The translations under genes were made by a program, and so were the position numbers. A stretch of 20,000 bases of DNA, from IMG/VR virus record IMGVR_UViG_3300025529_000271; one strand, written 5' to 3'. Every line of letters begins with the position of its first letter. Position 1 is the stretch's first letter. A model generated the notes under the pieces. It saw nothing but the letters and a program-made list of their open reading frames with translations, did not search any database and had not been told where the DNA came from. This document shows positions 7,537 to 15,299 of this stretch, piece after piece. The stretch comes from an uncultured virus (IMG/VR IMGVR_UViG_3300025529_000271) (lineage: Duplodnaviria > Heunggongvirae > Uroviricota > Caudoviricetes).

Positions 7537-9699
7537 ATGTTGAACACCGTCTTAACGATAGCGAGTATTGTTGGTTTTGTCATCGCCCTCATTGTGGTGT
7601 ATTATATCTCTAAATCTCGGACGGAGTTCATCCCGGAGGAAGAGTACAACACAATGGAAGATCTTCTGGAAGCGGTTAAGCATGAAATGGTAGAACTCGT
7701 TAAAGAGGATTATTCTCTTGGTCTTTCGGAAGCGGAGTTCAATATGTTGTATCGGCGTAAAGCTCGGATTAACGATGCTTTGAAGAACTGCGTTTATGGT
7801 ATTGACTCTGCGAAGATTATTGTCATTGAGTTGATCCGTTCTTTTATCGCCAATAATGTACCACATCATCGGGTCACGGACTTGCTTGGTCTGTCGGATG
7901 GTTTGGTTCCGTCCGACCATGTCATTTTCGAGATCCTGTTGTATAAGTATAAGCGCATGCTGGATGAGAACAATCAGCAACTTGGGAAGAAAGCTCTTGA
8001 AGCCATTATTACTAAGTACAATCTCGACCGCGAGCGCTATGATGAGAACGGGAATTTGCAGAACTATTATTTTTCTCGCGAGGAACTGATCTCCATTTAT
8101 ACGCAAGAGGACTTCAAGCTTACGATAGATGAGCAAATCGACCTCTTGGCGATCTTGGTGTATCAGCAGTATGCGGGCTTTGGTATCCTTGACACCTTAC
8201 GTGAGATGGACATCAACGGCTTCAATATTGGCACTTCCGGTAGTATTATGACGAACTTGAATGCTTATAATGCTGGGACGTTCAAAGCGACGGATTCGGT
8301 CTGGGTGTATTACAAAGGGAAGTACATCCATTTCCGCTTCATGTCCTTTGGTAGTGAAGACGAAGTTCGTCGGGTCGTACAGCTTATCGCTCGTTATAAC
8401 AATCCGGGTGCGCTCACAGCGAAGCGGGGGTATTTGGTCAATACTATGTATGACAAATCCCGCGTTTTGGCACTTCGACCTCCGGCTTCTGAGTACTGGG
8501 CGGTCTTTGTTCGGAAGTTCACCATTTCTGATCCGACACCTGAGAAGCTCATTATCAAGGATTATACCGTTAACGGCGATTTGGTTATTAACTTGATCAA
8601 GTTCTTGATCAAGGGCAAGATGACGTGCGGGGTAACTGGGCGTCAAGGTTCCGGTAAGACCACGCTGATGTCCTCGATCATTCGTTATATTGATCCGCGT
8701 TTGACCATCCGGGTCTTGGAAATGGCTCCTGAGTTGTACTTGCGGGAAATTTATCCGAATCGTAACATCCTTTCTGTTCAGGAGACGACGCACGTTACTG
8801 CTACGGAGCTTCAGGACGCTCTGAAGAAATCTGACGCCGCTGTTTCGTTGGTCGGTGAGGTCGCAACTGACGAGGTTGCGGCGCGGATGATTCAAATGGG
8901 TATGACCGCATCGATGTTTACCATCTTCTCTCACCACGCGAACACCGCTGAGAAGTTGGTATATACTCTGCGGAACTCGCTGGTTAACGCGGGTGGCTTT
9001 ACGATGGATACGGCAACGGCGCAGATCCTCGAAGTTGTCAACTTCGATATCCATTTGGATTACAACGCCGAAGGTCAGCGTTATATTGAGCGGATTACGG
9101 AAATTATCCCGCTCTTGGAGGTTCAGCCGCTTCCTGAGATTGATCCGAATAATGTGGCGTATTCGCAAGCCGTTATGCAACGCGAGTATTACACTCGACG
9201 CACAGCGGCGGTCACCTTCATTACGCAGGATATCTTGCGATATGATACGAAAACGAAGACTTATTACGCGGTGGAACGTATTTCTCCTCGATTGGAGAAA
9301 ATTATCCGTGATAATTTGGGGCATGAAGTCGAGGAGTTCGATAAGTTCATGTTGGCTAACTGGGGACGCCGCAAACCATTGGCGGATGGGCAGGTTGTGG
9401 AAGATCCAGTGGCGCTTTCGGTTCTCGATCATTATCGCTTGAAAGCGGCAAAAGAGCAGAATACCGACTCTCCGATTTTGCAAGGCTTGTCGGCTACTGC
9501 CCAACAAGCGGATATGGAGGAAATGCTTACTGATGACATGATCGAGTATCTGCGTCAGGAAATTATGGCTGACGAAGAGCATAAGAAACGTTTGGTTTCT
9601 AATGACACCAGCGATGAGTTGACTCCGGGTCTTCCGAACGACATTGACGAAGACCATGTAGTTATGCTCGACTTCTTCACTGGAGGTGTCGAGACGTAA
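7537..9699 (+). CDS. tadA: TadA/CpaF-family pilus assembly ATPase with an N-terminal TM anchor and an acidic C-terminal extension
   Basis: Walker A GRQGSGKTT (8638-8664), Asp-box variant LEMAPEL, Walker B VSLVGEV (about 8842-8862), His box SHHANT (about 8929-8946). Also VRKF and RYIERITEI, which are typical of the family. Confidence 0.85.
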   Translation: MLNTVLTIASIVGFVIALIVVYYISKSRTEFIPEEEYNTMEDLLEAVKHEMVELVKEDYSLGLSEAEFNMLYRRKARINDALKNCVYGIDSAKIIVIELIRSFIANNVPHHRVTDLLGLSDGLVPSDHVIFEILLYKYKRMLDENNQQLGKKALEAIITKYNLDRERYDENGNLQNYYFSREELISIYTQEDFKLTIDEQIDLLAILVYQQYAGFGILDTLREMDINGFNIGTSGSIMTNLNAYNAGTFKATDSVWVYYKGKYIHFRFMSFGSEDEVRRVVQLIARYNNPGALTAKRGYLVNTMYDKSRVLALRPPASEYWAVFVRKFTISDPTPEKLIIKDYTVNGDLVINLIKFLIKGKMTCGVTGRQGSGKTTLMSSIIRYIDPRLTIRVLEMAPELYLREIYPNRNILSVQETTHVTATELQDALKKSDAAVSLVGEVATDEVAARMIQMGMTASMFTIFSHHANTAEKLVYTLRNSLVNAGGFTMDTATAQILEVVNFDIHLDYNAEGQRYIERITEIIPLLEVQPLPEIDPNNVAYSQAVMQREYYTRRTAAVTFITQDILRYDTKTKTYYAVERISPRLEKIIRDNLGHEVEEFDKFMLANWGRRKPLADGQVVEDPVALSVLDHYRLKAAKEQNTDSPILQGLSATAQQADMEEMLTDDMIEYLRQEIMADEEHKKRLVSNDTSDELTPGLPNDIDEDHVVMLDFFTGGVET

Positions 9700-11660
9700 T
9701 GGAAGCTTTGTTGATCATCTACGCCTTATTCATCCCCATTGGGGGTATCTTCTTCTGGTACTCCCGAAAACCCAAGGCGGAAAAACTCCGCATCATGAAT
9801 AAGTTTTATTCGCGGATGCACAAGTTTCTGTCTCGGTTTTTCTTGACTTATCGCTATTATCTGCGTATTCAGCAAAATCTGGCGAACCTGTCGATTTATC
9901 GGAAGGATGAACTTCGACGTGAGTCGGTGAAATACTTCCTGTGGTCGTGGGGTAGCAGTATTGTTTTGGCGGTAGTCATGATCCTTTTGTTTAACAACAT
10001 CCTGATCATCCTGATTGGGGTAGGTTTCACTATCTTCTTGAGCAACATCGTTATTGATAAACGCCTTGATGGGATATATCTCAGGGTTTTGGTGGCGACC
10101 GCGCATGCTCTTGATGCGGTGCGGCAGGAGTATTCCCGTACCAACAGTGTTGTAGATGCGCTGAATGAAGCGGAGTACCCTGACATTATTAAGCGTCCGA
10201 TGGAAACCATTTCAAATATCTTGACAGGAACGAACGGAGAGATTCGTTTGCAGGAGTTTATTGAGTCTACTCCGTTTCGTCCACTTCAAACGTTCGCGTC
10301 GATCTGTTTTAGCATTAACAATGATGGTGATGAAACAGACGAGTTGGGGCGCTCCAACTTTTCGCAAGCCATTACGCTCTTGATTGGGGATATTAACTCG
10401 GAAATCCAGCGGATTACCTTCCGCAAACTCAAGTTTGGTTATATCGAGTACATGCCATTGGCAGTTATTCCAGCGGTACCGCTTTGTATCATGTTTTTGA
10501 CCTCCACGATGCCGGGGGTAGCCCTCGTTTATAATGGGATTATCGGTCAAGTTATTCAAACGGCGGTTGTTTTTGCTTCGATTCTTTGCTACACGGTTGT
10601 TTCTCGAATCAACTGTAATATCCCGATGAAAGAGGATGACCGTTCTCCTTTTGTTGAGCGTTTGTTGGAGAATCGTCGCTTCTATCGTTTTGTTTACACG
10701 CTCACGCCGAAGAACAAAAAGCGGGCGTTGTTGGAACGGAAGTTGAAATCCGCACTTTCCAAAATGACCGTTGAACACTTTTACGCGAAGAAGATCTTAT
10801 TCGCGGGTTTTTCGATCCTTCTAGCGATTATGACGATCATTTTGGCGGTTAGTATCAGCAAGGACTTCTTGCGGCATAGTACGCAACAGCTTTCGCTTAT
10901 CGCATCCGATAATACTCCGGCTTTTGACCGCGAAAAAATGAAAGAGATGGACGCCATTTATCTGCAAAACCCGAAAGCCTATAATGACGACCAAATCGCG
11001 CAACTTGTTCGGAATCATCTCCCGCTTCTGACGGATTTGCAGGTGTATGAGCAGGTTTCTCGGATGAAGTCTAAGGCAAAGAACCTTGAGAATGCGTATT
11101 TCCATTGGTATTATCTCTTGATCGCTTACGCGACGGGGGTAGTCGGTTGGTTTGCACCGAATCGTTCACTCAAAATGCGTCGGGATATCGCGGCAACTGA
11201 GGCTCAGGAGGATTTCTTGCAACTGCAGACGCTCACGTCCATTCTTATGAACACCAATACGGATACCCTTGGGCTTCTGCATCAGTTTGCCCGTAATAGT
11301 CGTATTCATAAAGACATGTTTGTCTACGCGGCGCTTTGTTATCCATCTAATCCAGAGTTGGAGATCAGTCGTTTGCAGTCGAAAACGCCAATTTATGAGT
11401 TTAAGCGTTTCCTTGGAAAGCTTAAACTTACGATCAATGAGTTGTCTATTCGAGAGGCGTTTGAGTCTTTGCTTTTGGAGCGCGAGCACGTTGTCAAGAT
11501 GCGGGAAATGACGACACAAGCCGCGATCATGAAGAAGCGGAGAATGGCTGGTAAGTTAGTGTTGTTCCCGCTGGGAATGATGATTATAGGAGTATTCCTG
11601 TTCCCTATCGGTTATCTGGGGGCATTGGAGCTTATGGGTGCGTTCAAGACACTGGGGTAA
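9699..11660 (+). CDS. Multi-pass membrane platform protein, probable TadB-TadC fusion
   Basis: TAATG overlap with the tadA stop. About 8 hydrophobic segments arranged as two halves, each with a soluble helical domain (e.g. ALDAVRQEYSRTNSVVDALNE; EDFLQLQTLTSILM..LSIREAFESL). Occupies the position of tadB/tadC. Confidence 0.7.
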   Translation: MEALLIIYALFIPIGGIFFWYSRKPKAEKLRIMNKFYSRMHKFLSRFFLTYRYYLRIQQNLANLSIYRKDELRRESVKYFLWSWGSSIVLAVVMILLFNNILIILIGVGFTIFLSNIVIDKRLDGIYLRVLVATAHALDAVRQEYSRTNSVVDALNEAEYPDIIKRPMETISNILTGTNGEIRLQEFIESTPFRPLQTFASICFSINNDGDETDELGRSNFSQAITLLIGDINSEIQRITFRKLKFGYIEYMPLAVIPAVPLCIMFLTSTMPGVALVYNGIIGQVIQTAVVFASILCYTVVSRINCNIPMKEDDRSPFVERLLENRRFYRFVYTLTPKNKKRALLERKLKSALSKMTVEHFYAKKILFAGFSILLAIMTIILAVSISKDFLRHSTQQLSLIASDNTPAFDREKMKEMDAIYLQNPKAYNDDQIAQLVRNHLPLLTDLQVYEQVSRMKSKAKNLENAYFHWYYLLIAYATGVVGWFAPNRSLKMRRDIAATEAQEDFLQLQTLTSILMNTNTDTLGLLHQFARNSRIHKDMFVYAALCYPSNPELEISRLQSKTPIYEFKRFLGKLKLTINELSIREAFESLLLEREHVVKMREMTTQAAIMKKRRMAGKLVLFPLGMMIIGVFLFPIGYLGALELMGAFKTLG

Positions 11661-11771
11661 AGCTCTATCGCTTTGCCCTTTATTTATGCCTGTTGTACTG
11701 CTTCGAGATAGGAAATTGTGTCTTATTTGTGTACGCAAACTTCTTCTTTTAGAAAAATAGAGCTTTTTCAG

Positions 11772-11802
11772 AAAACAACTCGACCTACGCCGAGTTGTTT
11801 TT
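11772..11802 (+). terminator. Rho-independent terminator (potentially bidirectional) ending the tad machinery operon
   Basis: AAAACAACTCG-ACCTACGC-CGAGTTGTTTTT. Confidence 0.75.
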
Positions 11803-12038
11803 GTATTTAAGCGATTGGTTCGGTTTTCTATCGTGAGTAAGTATGTCCATCATTGAAGGCTTCGCTTTCTACGATAGAGATCTTACGAACCGATGGTGAC
11901 ACGCATCATGGTAAGGGCGACAAGGGTTAGCTTCCTTGGAAGGGGGTATTTCTGCAGAACAATTTTTGATTGGTCTGACTGTCGCATAATCTGGGCATCG
12001 TTCAAAATCCAAAATAAAATGACGGAGGGATAAGAACA

Positions 12039-12716
12039 ATGGATGATGGAGTAGCAAAAGGCAGTAATATCGCGGTCGTGCTGGTTATCGTTGCGGCACT
12101 GATCGCACTGGCTTTTGGTATTTTCGTTGTTACGAAGAACCAAGCCAATGAGGGTTCGGCGGACTTGGCGTCCTCGCTGAACACCGTTTCGACGCAGGTG
12201 TTCCAAGATTTCGACCAGAAGGTCGTTACTGGGAACCAAGTTCTGTCGGCTCTGAAGTCGTTTGAAGGTAAACCTTATGCGATCTTGATTTCGACGAAGG
12301 CGTTTGCCAATGACTTCCCGATCGCTCAGTCGAATGACCATCCGGTGGCGTTCATTGTTGAAGCTGGTGGGCAAAACTATATCAACTACAACGCGATTCT
12401 CTCGGCTGATGGCACGGACATTACCACCGCTCCGACGAATGCGGCTGGCTGGCCTGCAACTTCGGTTACGGCGATCTCTGGAGGTCAACGTGGTGGAGCT
12501 ATCAACCCGGTCATCACGATGACGAGCGAAAATGGGGTATTCCTGCATACCACGGGCTTCCAGACGGTTCAAGGGAACATTTTCTATGACAACTCGATTG
12601 GCGGGGTTAACCGTTCCGGTAACTCGGAGTACATCCCGGCAACGACGAAGTTCCAAGCGAACCTCATCAAAGACGCTTCCGGCGCGTATGTCGGTATCGT
12701 TCTGCGTCAACTGTAA
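12039..12716 (+). CDS. Pilin-like single-TM protein, candidate major pilin
   Basis: Short leader MDDGVAKG, then a hydrophobic helix, an amphipathic helix and a beta-rich head. GGAGG RBS; flanked by terminators; C-ending codons (AAC, TTC, ATC) more frequent than in neighbouring genes. Confidence 0.7.
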   Translation: MDDGVAKGSNIAVVLVIVAALIALAFGIFVVTKNQANEGSADLASSLNTVSTQVFQDFDQKVVTGNQVLSALKSFEGKPYAILISTKAFANDFPIAQSNDHPVAFIVEAGGQNYINYNAILSADGTDITTAPTNAAGWPATSVTAISGGQRGGAINPVITMTSENGVFLHTTGFQTVQGNIFYDNSIGGVNRSGNSEYIPATTKFQANLIKDASGAYVGIVLRQL

Positions 12717-12748
12717 TGAAAAGCCTGTAACACAGGGCTTCCTTCGAG

Positions 12749-12788
12749 AAAGGCTTGCACATTTCGCGATGTGCAAGCCTTTTTCTTT
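12749..12788 (+). terminator. Strong Rho-independent terminator after the candidate major pilin
   Basis: AAAGGCTTGCACAT-TTCGCG-ATGTGCAAGCCTTT (14-bp perfect stem) followed by TTCTTT. A smaller hairpin precedes it at 12721-12740. Confidence 0.9.
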
Positions 12789-12839
12789 ACGGAAGTTTAT
12801 ACTCAGCGTCTAAGTCTGGTCGGTTAAGGAGTGAGAGCT

Positions 12840-13370
12840 TTGCATGACGAGATTAAAGGTACCGCCTACATCGCGGTTAGCTTGTCGTTATTGGCGGGGT
12901 TATTAGTGTTTATCTCATTTGCGCTGATGGAGCGTTCAAATATCGCCAATATCCGCAACAATGAGATCTTTGCTAAACGTGCCGTGCAGGATATGTATGA
13001 GTTTAACCTCTATCATACGGAAACACTTTATGGGGAAGACGTTGTTGTGGCGATTCGTCAGTATTATGACACTAATGTACGGATCGCGGTAAATGATCCA
13101 TCCCTTTCGGTGAGTGCGGCGTGTACGGTTCCTCCCAACTATGTGTCGAATGGGTACTATGAGATTGATGTTACCCGCGCCCGGAATTGTCCTGACCTTG
13201 TGAAGACCGAGAAACTGCGACAGTGGTTCCCAACCACGAAGCGTTATAAAGCGGTACTGGTATATGGTGGGGTATCCTTGCGGGATGTCACTCCGTCGTG
13301 GCGGCAGGACGGGGTGTACTCCAATGTTTCTGGTATTGTCTTCTTTTATGACGGGACAAGGACTAACTAA
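12840..13370 (+). CDS. Pilin-like protein, paralogue of 12039..12716
   Basis: TTG 12840 is 8 nt after AAGGAG, giving MHDEIKG-TAYIAVSLSLLAGLLVF. Shares the motifs EFNLYHTETLYGEDVVVAIRQY and RYKAVL..SGIVFF. Confidence 0.7.
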   Translation: MHDEIKGTAYIAVSLSLLAGLLVFISFALMERSNIANIRNNEIFAKRAVQDMYEFNLYHTETLYGEDVVVAIRQYYDTNVRIAVNDPSLSVSAACTVPPNYVSNGYYEIDVTRARNCPDLVKTEKLRQWFPTTKRYKAVLVYGGVSLRDVTPSWRQDGVYSNVSGIVFFYDGTRTN

Positions 13371-13469
13371 AATTTAAGACTTTGAAAGTTTCTTATCCTG
13401 TTTCCGTTCGTGTTTATAACGGTTACGTTGCTTTTTGTGTAAATTCATAACAGCAGGGAGGTGGGGGTA

Positions 13470-13892
13470 GTGGAATCGGAAATCGGGTGGTTTTCGAGGA
13501 TGCTTGTTTCCCTTGGACTTACAGCTTCTCTTTTAGCTTTGGGAGGAGTTTTGGGGTATGCAGGACGGGGCGTGCTTGTTGACATTGATAATAAACGGGT
13601 GACGACACAAGTCATTCAGCAACAACGTGAGATTCTTAGTTACGAGAATATCTATGTTACAGCGGACGATGTCTATTTGGCGGTTATTCGGTACAATCGG
13701 GTACTTCCTCTTAGTATTCAGTATTATAGCGGAAGTTCAAAAGTGTATTTGAATTTAACCACGGATTCGAATGCTACGATGTGGACGAAAGATTATTTGC
13801 GCCCCTATCTCACGGATACCTTGTATCGCGCTCGTTTGAGCCGGGGTATGGCAAATGAGGTTACGGGGATTGTTTTTGATTTGGTTAACTAA
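13470..13892 (+). CDS. Pilin-like protein, paralogue of 12039..12716
   Basis: GTG 13470 follows GGAGGTG. N-terminal TM; motifs EILSYENIYVTADDVYLAVIRY and LYRARL..TGIVFD. Confidence 0.7.
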   Translation: MESEIGWFSRMLVSLGLTASLLALGGVLGYAGRGVLVDIDNKRVTTQVIQQQREILSYENIYVTADDVYLAVIRYNRVLPLSIQYYSGSSKVYLNLTTDSNATMWTKDYLRPYLTDTLYRARLSRGMANEVTGIVFDLVN

Positions 13893-13906
13893 GGGAGGTG
13901 ACCTTC

Positions 13907-14383
13907 ATGGATGAAGGTTTGAATAAATCGCTTTGGTTGGCGATATCGGTGGTTGCGGCGTCGGCTTTGATCAGTATTATTATCTTCACGGTAAGTATCG
14001 GGAATCAGGTGAAGTATGAGTCGATGTCGCTGTTTGGTTCGATTCATAACGCTATCGCTGATGGGTACATCAAGGACATCGCCCTTGGTGAACTGGACAT
14101 GGAAATGCCCGCTGCGACTGCGTATTCGATTTTGACGACCTACTCTGGTACCATTACTACTTCTGTCAATGCGAGGACTGGTCGTATTGTTGACCTTCAG
14201 GTATCCCCTACTGATTTGATGGACGATCTTGGGGGTAGAGTGCAGTTGGAGTTTGGTAAGGTGATCAACGGCAACTTCTACGTGATCATTCACGATGAAG
14301 ATTGTATGTGGGAAACAGGTTTCTGTACTTGTGCTTTTGCCGCCACTGCCAATAATTTTAAGAACACGTATGGAGTTGAGTGA
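13907..14383 (+). CDS. Pilin-like single-TM protein with a C-terminal His/Cys cluster
   Basis: ATG 13907 follows GGAGGTG. MDEGLNKS-LWLAISVVAASALISIIIF; HDEDCMWETGFCTC near the C-terminus. Confidence 0.65.
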   Translation: MDEGLNKSLWLAISVVAASALISIIIFTVSIGNQVKYESMSLFGSIHNAIADGYIKDIALGELDMEMPAATAYSILTTYSGTITTSVNARTGRIVDLQVSPTDLMDDLGGRVQLEFGKVINGNFYVIIHDEDCMWETGFCTCAFAATANNFKNTYGVE

Positions 14384-14817
14384 CGATGAACTTCATAGAT
14401 GATATTACTGATTTTCTAGTCTTTGTTGTGTTATTCGCGGCGTTTTCTACTATCGGGTTAGAGTTGGTACTTCCTGAGTATTATGATAGTGTTCGTATTT
14501 CTCAGGAATCCATTACCGATAAAACTGCCCCAACAGCTTTGGGGTATGTGGAGGAGACTAATTATCGCGGGGAGTTGAGCTTTGCGGAAGTTCTTATTAT
14601 GACGCAAATTCAAGACATCTCGATTCCAGCTCCGAAGCGTTATGCGGTTGGGAATACGGTAGTGGAGATTGGTAGTGAATATCGGGCGGAGTTGGGTTTG
14701 GTATGGCGCGAGGTTATGCCGCGTCTTGCTACGACTCCAGCGCAAGCCAATCAAAAATTCTATGTGCATTATAATCCGACACAAGATCGGTATGACATCA
14801 ATACGGTTGCTCCGTAA
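14380..14817 (+). CDS. Pilin-like single-TM protein
   Basis: GTGA overlap with the upstream stop (alternative start ATG 14386). Acidic leader plus TM FLVFVVLFAAFSTIGLELVL. Confidence 0.65.
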   Translation: MTMNFIDDITDFLVFVVLFAAFSTIGLELVLPEYYDSVRISQESITDKTAPTALGYVEETNYRGELSFAEVLIMTQIQDISIPAPKRYAVGNTVVEIGSEYRAELGLVWREVMPRLATTPAQANQKFYVHYNPTQDRYDINTVAP

Positions 14818-14834
14818 TAGGAGGGGGTGTTCCC

Positions 14835-15284
14835 TTGTTTGACTATGTGAATCGCGTTGTTATGGTAATTCTTATTTTCGTCATGTTGGTTGTCCCGCCA
14901 GTTCTCTTTTCATATGTTCGGGCGGAGATGAAAGCTGAGCGAATCGCACTCAATGAGGTCGAGCTTTTTCTTGATAAGGTGACGGACAAAGGCACCATTA
15001 CGGATCAGGACTTGAATGACCTTTATCTCGGTATCGCGGCTACCGGGGGTATCTACGATGTAAAGGTTTCTCGCTTGATCCGTATTTCTACTTTGACTGA
15101 AGACGGTCGTATTCGGACGATTTATCTCGATGAAAATTACGAGAATACTCGTATGAATATGGGCGACCTTGTCAAGGTTACGGTGACAGAGATAGGGGTA
15201 TCCCCGGCGAAGCGTTTGCTCTGGCATGTTTTGCGAATTGATGAGGGGAAATTTGAGTTCAGCTTGGTTGCGGCTGTTCGTTAA
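14835..15284 (+). CDS. TadE-like pseudopilin / single-TM protein
   Basis: TTG after AGGAGG. N-terminal TM, a helix, GTITDQD, and MGDLVKVTV (a G-D-x-V-x-V-x-V strand seen in TadE-like proteins). Confidence 0.6.
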   Translation: MFDYVNRVVMVILIFVMLVVPPVLFSYVRAEMKAERIALNEVELFLDKVTDKGTITDQDLNDLYLGIAATGGIYDVKVSRLIRISTLTEDGRIRTIYLDENYENTRMNMGDLVKVTVTEIGVSPAKRLLWHVLRIDEGKFEFSLVAAVR

Positions 15285-15299
15285 AGGTGGTGACATAGC

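Noticed and set aside
8197..9657. 486-aa minus-strand ORF and other long antisense ORFs (940..1632, 1651..2283, 3616..4317, 11883..12776, 15987..16742, 19215..19898)
   Set aside because: They are shadows of well-supported + strand genes and show no recognisable motifs.
11803..12038. c-di-GMP-I/II or c-di-AMP riboswitch upstream of the pilin
   Set aside because: Only fragments match (e.g. TGGGCA near 11992); the remaining consensus elements are absent.
13396..13458. Further long hairpin upstream of the 13470 RBS
   Set aside because: The pairing (TCCTGTT/AGCAGGG plus inner segments) relies heavily on G-U pairs and bulges; too weak to call without computation.
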